Shown one piece after another: positions 50,715 to 62,700 of a stretch of DNA of 64,000 nt (positions are counted from its first letter, which is position 1; the number at the start of each line of letters is the position of its first letter). This stretch comes from Candidatus Omnitrophota bacterium (GTDB taxonomy: Bacteria; Omnitrophota; Omnitrophia; Omnitrophales; Aquincolibacteriaceae): positions 25,402 to 89,401 of the forward strand of contig CAIOAT010000044.1 of NCBI GenBank assembly GCA_903856085.1, given 5' to 3'. Made by a program: the position numbers and the translations under genes. The notes under the pieces were generated by a model. It had not been told where the DNA came from and did not search any database. It worked only from the letters and a program-made list of their open reading frames with translations.

Positions 50715-53700
50715 ATGATCAGCTGGCAGCAACCGATGATCAAGCCTTGGCTAAGAACCGTCGCCTGCCTGACCGCCTTTGTTTTTCTTTTTACGAGCGT
50801 GGTCTGGGATGGTGGCGTCAAAGCCTATGCCGCCGCCTCTAATTCCGTAAGCGTCACCCCCATCGAGACATTCAAAGCCAATGCCGCGTCTTCTCTGATC
50901 GACCGTCCCGATCTTCCGGACAGCTACGGAACGATCAAGGGAACTTTTAAAGGGAGTCGCGACCAGATTGTCCTTCACATCCAGGACGCGCACGTCAACG
51001 ATGAAGCCCAGCGCAACATTGCGCACATCCTCCAGTATTTTTCCGAGAAATACCAACTTGGCCTCGTGAGCCTTGAGGGTGCCTCCGGCGAACTTTACCC
51101 CGAACTTTTTTCTTTTTTCCCGAACAAACAGGCTCGCCAGAATGTTGCCGATTACTTCCTGAAAGAAGGCCGCCTCACGGGTCCAGAATATCTTGCGATC
51201 GTCGAAAAGCCCGCGATGACGCTTTATGGCGTGGAAGATAAGGAGCTTTACGAGGAAAACCGGAAGGCCTATGTGGATGCGCTCCAGTTCAAGGACCGCG
51301 ATGAGAAGATCTTGGCGGAACTGAATAAGGTCCTTGAAGGCATCAGTCGTTTTGTGTTTCCCGAGGAAATGCGCGAACTCGTTCGTCGCCGTGCCGCGTT
51401 CCAAGAAGGCGGACCGGAGCTGGTCTCTTATGTCCGCTATCTGGTGGAACTTGCCCGTAAGCACAATATCGCGCTTGATGAATATCCCGGGATGCACTCT
51501 CTGATTAAGCTGGTGGATCTTGAGAAGCAGGTTGATTTCGACAAGGCCGAAAAAGAAACCGATGCATTGATTAACGATCTCAAGCATGTGCTGACGCATG
51601 AGAAACTCTCCCGCTTTCTCACCAACACCGTTCACTTCCGTATGAAGAAGATGAAACGCGCCGCCTATTATGGGTACCTCCAGGATGAGATCCAGGGCGT
51701 GAGCGTGGCTCAAAGTGGCGGGGAGGAACTGACTACCAAGTACGCCAATGTGATGGCCTATGTGGAGTATATGAAACTTTATGATGCGATCGATGTTTCG
51801 ATCTTTGACGAGATCGATTTCCTTGAGAAGACCGTCAAGAACAAGCTCTTCACGAATCCTGAGCAGGTCCAACTCGATCACATCCTTCGAATCTATGACA
51901 TCTATTGCAAGATGTTCGATTTTACATTGACCAAGCAGGACGCCGAGTTCTATTACACCTATCAGAATGAGTTCAAGTCAGAGACTTTTGTAAGTTTTCT
52001 CACACCGCTCATGTCGAAGTACCACTTCACCTACGGATTGCCGTCCCAAGTGAAGACACTCGATCAGGATCTGCCGCGCGTGGAGCGCTTTTATAAAGCC
52101 GCTCTGGAACGCGACCAGGTGTTGATCGAGCGAGCGGTTGAGAAAACCCTTGCCAGCGGGCAGAAGATATCCGCCATCGTTACAGGCGGTTTTCATACGC
52201 CCGGGATCGAGAAGTACCTTCGTGAGAAGGACATCTCCTATATAGTAGTCGCCCCGCGTATCACCAAGACGATTGATAAGAAAAAGGAAAGCGCGCTCTA
52301 TGACGCCGCTTTGCGCCAAGCCCCGCTTTCGATCGAAAAAGTTCTCACGGAAACATTTCTCCAACCCAAAACCGGCGTTCTGAACGATCCTCGGTTCCAG
52401 TTGCAGGCATGGTTGGCGATTTCTCCCAAAGGAGAATTTGATTTCAAGTCCGATGTGGCTTTGTTCTTCCCCCTGACCGCCGCAACGAATATTTTTGAAG
52501 TCGTGAATGCGGCAAGAGAGCAGGCCCGGCAGGAGGGGAAGTCGCTCTCCAATGAGCAGATCACACCCTTAGTGGCCAGCGAGATCGAAAGGATGAAAAA
52601 AGATGCGGCCAGGGATTTGTCGGGAGGTGATCTGAGTAAAGTCGAGGCGTTGCTCAGTATGTTTCACCCCGAAGCATTCTCAGGTAATGTGCTCTGGGTA
52701 CCTGCGGGAAACAGTGGGGACTTCCTGGCTTTTGTGCTCCACGGTAAGACGGAAAAAATAAGCGAAGAACCGGGAGCTGTGCGGGGGACTCGACAGACTG
52801 TTTCATTTGGGCCAGAAGAAAAGACAGCGCTGTCTTTCTATCGGGTGCGTGGCTCTTTTGTTCCGGACGCGATCAGAGGAATGGTTCGTGCTGAGGCGCG
52901 TGTTCTGGCGACCCCTCAGACAGGACCTATTGCGGTCGTGGCGGGTCCAAACGCGAAGCAAGAGGCTCGTGATCGAGAAATAGCAGCCCAGATCCAAGCG
53001 ATCAGGGCGGAAGCCAGGATGAAGGCAACAAAGGAAGACGTCAGGGCCGCGGCTAGAGTTCAGGCGAATCTCCCCATGTTTTTGGATTTCATAAAAGCAT
53101 TTGGCTATAAAGGCCCCATCGATAGGATCCAGGCCGCAGTGATAAGGCCTGCCGATCCCAAGGAAGATAAACCTACGGTCGAGTTCCTGAAAATTCTTTC
53201 AGATCCTGAACTCAAACAGCGTCTCCAGGCCCTCGCAGTATTCTTGTCATCATTGAATCCGGAAGAGCTTGCGACAAAGAAATTGTCGCAGAATGAGTTG
53301 CGTCTCTTCTTGCTCTGGGGGGCTAAAGCTAACGGGCTCAAAAAATATCCGGAACTGGCCAAGATTTTAGAGGACATTCTCGCAGGTCGAACCCCGTCCG
53401 TTTCGCAGGCTGCGACTCCTGCAGAGGTTTCTGCGGCAAAAGCTCCTGCGGTGACTACTCCTGCGGCTATTCCTACAGCAGCAACTCTTGCAACCGAAAC
53501 GGCGGATCAGGTCAAGGCGCGGGTTGAAAAGGAACAGGGCGGTTACTTCGGCTCGTATGTCCGGCGCGGAGTTCTCGGGTGGAGTGCTGTCGGACTTATC
53601 GCCGGATTACTTTTGGGGATGATCATGCCGGCCACAGTGGTAGCTTTTCCACTTGTTTTCGGATTCGTAGCGTTCGTGTTGCGGGCGTTGAGGGCCTGGT

Positions 53701-56700
53701 CTGTTAAGAGTGGGATCACCGTTCAGGCCAATCCGAAGGGTGCCGGATGGATTGTCACTTCAGCAAACGGAAAGAAATGGCTCGAAGGTCTTTCGGCTCC
53801 TGATTTGTCGACGATCCAGGATAAAAACGAACAGCGGCAGGCTTCCATTGATTACAAACTTCAAAATTGGCCGGCATATCGGAAAATGCACGAAAGTAAA
53901 ATTTTCAGCGATGATTCCGAGTCCGAAGCTGCCGCTAAGGCTGAGGCATCCGCAAAGAAAAGGATCCTCCAGTTTGTGGGGATTGGGACGGCTGTAGGCG
54001 TTATTTTGGGGGCCACGACCGTACTTCCCGTGGTGGCGACAGTTGCTGTTTCCGCGATAACCGCCGGGTTTTTAGCTGCCGCTGTGTTGAAAACACGGGC
54101 GGAGTGGAAAAAACAGGGCGGGACGCAGAATATAATGAAGCAGGGTGTTTTTACGGCGATCGGCCTTGCTCTCAAAATTTTTGTGAGCATGCCCTTTCAT
54201 CTTCTTGATGGTTTTATCCTCCAATATTTCCGCCTTCGCATCAATTATTTTATCTTGGGCGCCAAGAATCAACGCTGGATCACGAATGCCGAAACGCAAG
54301 CGATGGTTGAAAATGCCAGGACCCATGAAGCCGATAAGAATCTTTCACGGACAGACCGTTTTATCCGTACGGATCTGGGATACGGGATCTGGGTCACACT
54401 CCAGGCTTCGCAGATCGCCGCTCTCTATGAATTTTTTCAAAAACGGGCCAAACTTTTTGTCTATGGCCAGCTCAGTGGTATTGTTTTAACAGCCGCCGGA
54501 ACCTCGCTTCCCGTCTTCGCGGTTTTGGGCGTCGGATTCTGGGGCTATATTATTGTGAAGCAGGTTCTAGCTTATCGTGCCGCCCAGGCGAAGGGACAAA
54601 ATCTGCCGGCCCATTGGCTCCGGAATCGCATTCTCGGGCATTTGATCTTCGCGACGATCTTTGGCGGTCTGATGTGGCTGGGCGTTTCTCCTCCGTCCTG
54701 GGCTGTGGCGTCTCCGGGTACCGGAGATGTGGCCACGAAAGCGTTGAATCTTTTTGGAATACCCATACCCTCTTTTCCCGCTATTCCCGGCGTCCCTCAT
54801 TTTGATCTTCTGAATCTTGGGGCCGTAATTCAAACGAAGGGCACGATATTTGGATTTTTAGGGGATAAGGTCCACCTCACTTTTCAGGCCATTGCCAGCT
54901 CTGCAACACTGAATTTTCTTTTGGCAGTGACGACTCAGATCCCGAACAAAATGCGTGAGATCATGATGCGCGACACGATGGTCGATATGGCCCGCATTTT
55001 AGTTCCCCAAGCAAAAAATCTTAAGGAAGCATTCGACGGGCTTGCCAAGTATGGGATCACACCCTCAAATTTTTCTCTTTCGGGGATTTTGGCTCTGTCG
55101 GGTGAGAAACAAACGCCGGAATGGATGGCCCTTTCTGCTGAGCAGCGGGCGATTGTTCTCAAGCTTATCGAGCGCGATCTGAAGGATCGCATTTATGGAA
55201 TGAACCGTTACGATGCGGGGCTCGCTCTTACCGCTCTGGGTCGCGCCATTCGTGAAAATGATCCCGAAGGTCAGGTTTCTATTCCCGAAAAACTCGCACG
55301 AGGACAGGGGATTGGCTATCGCATGCGGGTGAACGCCGCCGCTCGCCGTGAAGTTTTAACGAGTGGGTCTTTTTGGGTTTCGATGGTTTTTGGGACTTTT
55401 TCGATGTGGGTGGTGACGCACGAGATCGCGGCTATCGTTCATTATGCTGAAGGTATTGATAAAATAATCAGTTCGGCTTTGGGTGTGGATTTTCATCTTT
55501 TCGGTACAGGTATTAAAGGGATCGAAGGAGACCAGTTGAAGCAGAAGGAACATGCCGAGATGGCCCAAAGGGGAGAGCATGTTGCTTTCACGGATCGTTT
55601 GATCGCATCGGGACTGCTCAGTAGTCTTCAAACGAGTGTACAAGAAGTCTCCACGAACTTTGTGGTGCAGCCTTACATGATCGCCAAGCGGACGGCAGAT
55701 CAATTGCCGGCCATAAAAGCGAACCTTGGGAAAATAGCGGATGAACGTTTTGGTTTTGCGCCCACCAAGGCAAAAGCTGATTTTATTGACAGCGCTCACC
55801 GGCAAATTGCCGTAATGGAAAAAGCAACTTACTGGTCTATTGTTGGCCAGAAATTGGAGGGGGTTGCCCATTTTGCGGGATCGGCGTTCAATGCATTAGG
55901 CTCTGTCCTTGTGACATCGGCGAGAGCTGAATCGTTGCCTCCGATGATGGTTCCACAAACTGAAGTCAAGGAAGGTCTGCAAGCCGAAATTCCGGCAACG
56001 AAACCTGCTGAAGTTGCGGCGGTAGCGCCTGTTCTGCCTGCTCCCGAGGCGCCGAGAGTTTCTGTTGAGGCTCCGGCGGAAGTAACGAAACCGGCTGAAG
56101 TTGCGGTGGTTGCTCCTGTCCAGCCTGCTCCTGAAGTGCCGAAAGCTGAAGTCAAAGAAGCCCCTGCGGTTCCTGAAACTGCGTTGAAACTCGAAATGCC
56201 TTCGCCGTCGTTGAGGCCTCTGACGGATGTTCAGCCTGCTCCTGAGGCGCCCAAAGTTTCCGTTGAAGCTCCGGCGGAAGTAGCGAACCCCAAAACGGTG
56301 GCTCAGCCGGCGCTTCCGACAAAAATATTTGAGATTAGTCGGGAGAATGTGAGGGAGGGGGCAAAAGGTGCGGAGCGGATTGCTGCGAAAACTATTGTCC
56401 TGACTCTCAAGGCCGAGGATATGGAAGCGCTTATTCGAGAAGGAAAGGCTCTTGCTTTTTCATATAAGGATAACGGGTTCTGGAAAGCGAAGACCAAAAT
56501 TCCGAGAGCTTTGAATGATCCCGAGGTCACACACTTCAGTATTGGTAATGATGTCTATAAGATCGGTTTACCCACGACGGTGGTGGGTGTGCAGGCGACT
56601 CCAAAAGCTGTGACGTCATCCACTTCAGTCAAAGCCCCTCAACCCGTTGCCGCGAAGCAATCGCCTGCCCAAAAAATCGGTTTGGCCGCTGCGGCGGCCG

Positions 56701-59700
56701 GTCCCGTGGCTGCTGCGTCAGAGTTGTTCGTTTCCGCGCTGGAGCCGGCCTCGGCAAAATTTACCACCATGGATCTTCCTATGCCGACGACGGGGATACG
56801 CGATATTTTGATTACTGCCATGAAAGATAATCCCATGTCGCGGCAGGCTGGGGTTGAAAAGGGCATTAAGGATAAAACCGTTGAGTCGTTCGCTTGGTGG
56901 TACCGCTGGATCACCCTAGACCTGCAAGTTTCATATAATTTTATGCCGCGCGATCTTCCCTTGTATCAGAATAAGTCCGGATCGGGACCCAGCAAAGATG
57001 TGGATTTTTCATTGGGTTGGGAGGATGCCGGAAGCGGGAACATAAATCTCGGGCTTCCGATCTATTCCCCCGAGGGATATCCCGCCGAGCACATGGAGGC
57101 TGTTCCTATTCTCGATGCGAATGGACAACCGACCGGGGACACAGCGCTTGTTAGCAGACCGGGTATCCCCACAACGCCATTGACGCAAAGTCAGTTTGAT
57201 GCGCTACGGGGCGTGACTTTCACTCCAGACGGCAACAACTATGTGCTGTCGGGATATCAGCCCGTGCTGGATAGTGTTGTCATTCCGATGGGAGATGTCA
57301 ATATCACCAAAGGGCTCCTGGTGCAAAACCTGAATGCGATCGCCGGGAACGAAAGCTTTTGGAAGCTCTTCAATCTCCCTGCCGGCACGGCTTCCCAACT
57401 GGTCAGTGATCCGGCCTATCAAAAGGCCATGGGATTTGCGAGCTATTTTGCGTCGCGCTATGACAACCCGCTTAATACGGGCGATAACCTCAAAACTGTT
57501 TTTAAAGGCGCGACTCTTCCGCAGATCATGGAATCGATGGCGCGCATGAAAGCGACGGCAAGAAAGAATCTTGGCCGTGATTTTAGTTTGGATAATCCCT
57601 ATGATGCGGCGCTTCTGACTTATCTTTCCAGAGCGGATCTCACGGATCAGGCGGAAGGAACTACGATCGTCCGCGAGATCTTAAAAGAGCGGGATTGGGA
57701 AGCGAAACTGATCCTGCGTTTTGAACCCCTGAACCTGGCTCGAAGCCGCCAGGCGAAGATCAGCAAGGCGGAAGCGGAAGCTGCGAATGCGGACCTCCTG
57801 AAAACCGAGACGACCGTCCTTCGGAACACTACCCAGCAGCTTTATGTGATCGCGCTGGCGAATCAACAGATTGCTGACAAAGAAAAACTTATCATAGCGT
57901 TTGAAGCGGACGATGCCGAGCAGCGCGCTGTGCGGGGTGTCGAGGATAACTCCCTGACGCATACCCGCATTACAAGTGAACTCCAAAAACTCAAGATCCA
58001 GATCATCGTCCTGAAGACCGAGCGGGACGAGGCCAAAAGGAAAGTCCTCGAACTGGCGGGGCGGCAGCCGGGTATAGATCTGGGTTATCCGGTCGAGGAC
58101 ATTACTCTTAAAGTCGTCGGTGATGCTGTTGCCCAGGTACCACTTTCGCAGGCCGATGTTCAGGCCGTGATCGAAAGAGCGTTCGCGAGTTTGCATCAGG
58201 CCGTGGCATCGAAGGCAGCGCTAGGTGGAATTGACGCAACTTTGGCCGTTCCGCAAGTCACCGTTGACATTTTAAGGATGGCAGGGATATGGGACCTCGG
58301 CGATAAGGTTGCCGTCGAGATCCGCTTAGATCTCAGTTGGCAGATCAAAAGTCTTTTTGAGAGTAAGGTTGCAAATGCCCTCTTTGAATCCGAAGCCTAC
58401 AAGTTCGCGTCACGCCTTCGCGGGATCTACGAACGGCATAACCTGCTTGAGCGAGAAAGTGTCCATACCGCAGAATTTATCAAATCGTTGGAAAATGGGG
58501 TTTCAGCGCAGGATCGTTTGATTGCTGAGATCAAGAACGATTCTAACAAGCACTATCGCCGAGATCTGAGTCTTGTGCAAGCCCAGAAAGACCGGGAGAA
58601 AATGCAGGAAGACCTCGACGGTTCCAGGCTGGCTCTCCAGTTGATTCAGGATGAGTTGCGGAATTATACAAAAACGGACGCCCAGATCGGGAAGCTGCTC
58701 GGAGAATTCACCAAGAAGGATTCCGGACGAGCGAAGATCATACAGACCGCGATTAGCGCCATGCGGGCCGATGTCGCGAAGGCATGGGCTGCTCAAGATT
58801 CTGTAAATCGTGATGCTATGATCCAAGAGGCTCAGACTCTGGCGGATCGATTAGCTTCGAGCGAGGCGGAATCGGCGCGGGTCCATGAGGAGATCTTACG
58901 CGAAGCAGATTATAACCTTGCCAGCATTCGTAAAGATGCAAAACTGGATGCCCTCAATTATAACGTCTCCAATTGGCTGCGACTTTCCTTGTCGGGTGGA
59001 ATCGGTTGGGGGTGGGGAGATCGAAATGAAAAGGATATTACGCTTGAAGCGACGCAGTGGAAATTACGCGCGGACGCTCAGGCGACCGCCAAAGTTACTT
59101 TGTATGATCCGACACTTTGGGCAAGAGGTCGTCAGCGGCAATTGGCCCAAGATACTGCTAAAAAACTTTTAGACCGGTCAGGTGCAGAACTGGCCGCGTC
59201 CGTCTCCGGATGGCTGAACAATGTTCGTCGTGAATCCGAACTCCTCAATCTGACCGAAGCGACATTGAAGACGAAGCAAATCGAGCTTAAAGGCGCCAAG
59301 GACGAGGCCGATGCCGAGTTGGGTCGTACTACGCCGGCCAAGGATCGTCTGGCGGTCTTAGCAAAGTCTGAAGGAGAGCGTCAAAAGCTTTATTCCTGGC
59401 GGGCGAAGGTCAGGATCGCCAGCGCAGAGGCGAATGTCGAAGCGGCGAGGATCAAGGACGAGGCCGCACGCAATAATCTTTTCAAAGTCATGATGCAATT
59501 CAAGTCGTTTGCTTTTGCCGGGGATAAATCGCCCGCGGCAGCAAAGCCGATTGCTCCCTCTAAGGAGGCGCAGCCGTCGATCAGCATGTCACCTTTTGCA
59601 CCCATCACGGATGCCGCGGGTAGAATCTCTGAATCCGGGACTGCACAACTGAAGATTTTGGCCAAGGATTTTGACGAACTATTTCGCAGCCTCGTCAGGG

Positions 59701-62700
59701 AGACAGAGGATCAGACTTCGGGTATGGGGAGCATGAGCACAAACCGGCTCCGGTACGAACAGCTTTATGACGTGAACCGCTTGCTGATGCCGCTTCAGTC
59801 CCGTTTGTCCTTGAATGATCAGGAACAGGTTCAGAAGATTCTTGGGATTTTGAAGAGTATCGATCCGGAAAAAAATGCTTCTTTGGGCAAGGAATTGTCG
59901 ACGATCGGCCGGGCGATTTTGACCAATGAAAAACTTACGGATCGACAGAGAGTGGAGAAGCTTTTTAAAGCATTTGAAGGGAAACTCGATGCTAAAAAAT
60001 ACCCGGCTCTCCGGCAACAGCTCATGAGTGTCCGAACCGCCATGTTGCACAGTGATGAAGCGATGGTAAACGAAGTTCTAAAAGCCATACCGGGGGCGAT
60101 GGATCCCGCGAAATATCCGGAGATTTTCAAAGCCAGCCGCGAGCTCCGGGCGATGCAAGCGAAGCTCGTCGCTCGGATCAAGGAAATCCAGAACCCGAAA
60201 CTTACGGCTACCGAAAAACTCAATCGACTGACCGAGCCCCTGCAGAGCTATCTTGAAAAGCAGAAGAAATTTCAGCAGCTTTTCCAGGTCGTAGAGCAGA
60301 CGGCCCTCATCGACAGGGAGTTGAAAGATATCCTTGAAAATTCCAAGGGCTACTCGGAGCCCGTACGGTTGACGATGCTTACCGGAGTGATCAGGGATTA
60401 TCTTGCCGCGGAGATCCTTTACGCCAAGAGCGACTATTTCATTAAAGATCACAAACCAAAATTGTGGAGAGAATTCGAAAAAACACGACGCCAGATCAGC
60501 GAGATTTCAAATATTGCCGCGGTCGAAGAGGTTATGCGCAAACTGGACAGCTCGGTTTGGGAAAAGAGGGAATTTGCCCATCAACTGGGCCTTGAAAAGT
60601 GGGCGTTCGGGGTCAGCGTTGGTTACAGCATTGGTTTTACCAAGGATGGCGTCTCGTCGACGTCTTTCGGGGTAACTCCATGGTGGGGGATGATGCCGTG
60701 GGCGGCGGACAAAGCCATTGGGTGGGTTCCTTTGCTCGGGAAACCGATCACCGATATTCTAGGCGTCAATCAAGATGGAAAGAATATGCAGATCCGGAAA
60801 TACATGACCGACATGAGTATCGGCGTGTTGTCGGCAGAGCAGACCCTGCGCAGCCTGGATATCACCTCAAGCCAGTTCCGGAATGAATACGCCTATTTGG
60901 TCCGGATGAAGCAGCTAACCACAGGTTTGGCGGCGGCGATCGAGGCATGGAGAAACCAGCATAAAGAGTTTTTGAATACGATCGGTGTGGATGCTACCGA
61001 AGCGGCGCTTTCCGGGGATACGACCATGGAGGCGCGTCAGCTTGCCGAGATTCTTAAGCTTGAAGAAAAAATACGGCACATCAACGGAGAATTAAGGAAT
61101 GTTCAGAACCGGTTGAGAGAGCACGGTGTGGATCCTGAAACTGTGACGACCGAGGGAGTGGCCAACGGCGATGATGTGCGGCAAGCGTGGCGGACGGGGA
61201 AGGGTCCGCTGGCAGGCCACGTAGGCGGTATGGAATCCCTTGGAACCACGGGGGGGGAGACACTTGATGATATTGCCCGGCAATCCACCGAGTATCAGAT
61301 GGCCGTGTTAGGGCAGAAAGTTTCGGCAATGGAAGAGGAATATACGACCCGCACGCACAGTTTTGGAGATTTTCCAGGAGTCACTTCATCCGGTCTCTTT
61401 TCCGATAATCCGTTCGATTCACCCGTCCGTGCCTTTGGCCAGGTTGAGAGGATCGATGGGGTTTATGATTCAGCGGGAACACGGGTTGGCACACAAACGT
61501 TCGATGTTACCGCGACCGATCTTTCGAGGACCATCACAGTCGATCTGAATCTGGGCGAGATTCTCGGAGGGTTCCAGGGGTCGGTTTACCGTTTGCGTGC
61601 TGAGAATGCCGGCATTGAGGCCGAGCGGATCCTGAAGGAAAAGAAAGCGGAGATCGCGCAGGCCATTTTTGATTATGAAACAGAAGCCGCGGCGATCGAG
61701 AAGATGGAACCTCAGGATCGACTCATGGTTTACGCGATCGTGAGCGGTAATCAAAAGCTCCAGGCGACCCTTCAGGCGACTCGAGGTGAACTTTTACAGA
61801 CCGAGAGTGAGATCCACGGCGCGGCAGTGCGATATATGGAAGCTCGCAATACGCTCAACAGCAAGAAAAGCGAACTTTTGGGGAAAGTCGGGTTCCGGAT
61901 CGAGAAGCTCCCGGATACGAGTCGTGAGGAAGGCCAGGGTTTATCACTCATCGGCGCAGATGAAATGCTCAAGGCCATGACTTCACCTGAAAAATCAAAG
62001 GCGTTCGTGGAGAAGTTAAAGAGTACAGGGATGCAAGATCCGAAGATTCAGACGCTTCAAAATGAACTGGAGCAATTGTCTCTGAATCGCAGGAGCCTCT
62101 GGAGCGATGCGGTGACAAGCGTGTGGTTCCAGGGCGGCTATCAGGATAGTGCGCTAAGAGCCAAGGCAGGGCTTGATCGCCGGCTTTGGGGGGGCGACAT
62201 GTGGGTTCGACTTCACGAAAACAAGGAACGTCAGGCTCAGGTTCGGATTGCGATGGAGGCCCAGGATAACAAGACTCGTCACGCATTTGAGACCTACCGT
62301 GCGAGGCTCAAGAGTACAGATGCTCAGGTGCAGCTCGACCAGGAACGCTTGAATGATCTCATGAAAAGATTCCCGGAGGTGACCCAGGGCGGGTTGGTCC
62401 GCGAGGTTGGGATCGATTTCGCGTTGGATTTTATGCGGGAACTGAATGAATCCTACCGGGCTTATTTTTTCGCGGTCAGGACGCATGCCCGCAACCAGCT
62501 GGAACTGGTGCAATTCCTCAATCAGAACAATATCGATGTCTCCAAGGTGGGTCTTGAATGGACGGACACCGCCATTCCAATGTTGCCCGTCGTCCCGGAG
62601 GTCGCAAAAGACATGACGGCTGGGACGGTCGAGAAGATTACCGTTGGGCCAGGGCAGGAAATAGATCTGGATACTTTTAAACAGCCTGATCCCGCAAAAA

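Noticed and set aside
55829-56155. Minus-strand ORF encoding a Thr/Ser/Gly/Ala-rich repeat (TSAGFVTSAGASTETLGASGAGRTGATAATSAGFV).
   Set aside because: It is the reverse-complement reading of the Pro/Ala/Val/Glu tandem repeats of G2. The repeat periodicity produces an open antisense frame, and no independent start or RBS supports it.
55990-56291. Tandem repeats considered as a possible CRISPR-like or satellite array.
   Set aside because: The units are ~87 nt, contiguous, imperfect, in frame and without spacers. They are protein-coding repeats inside G2, not a CRISPR array.
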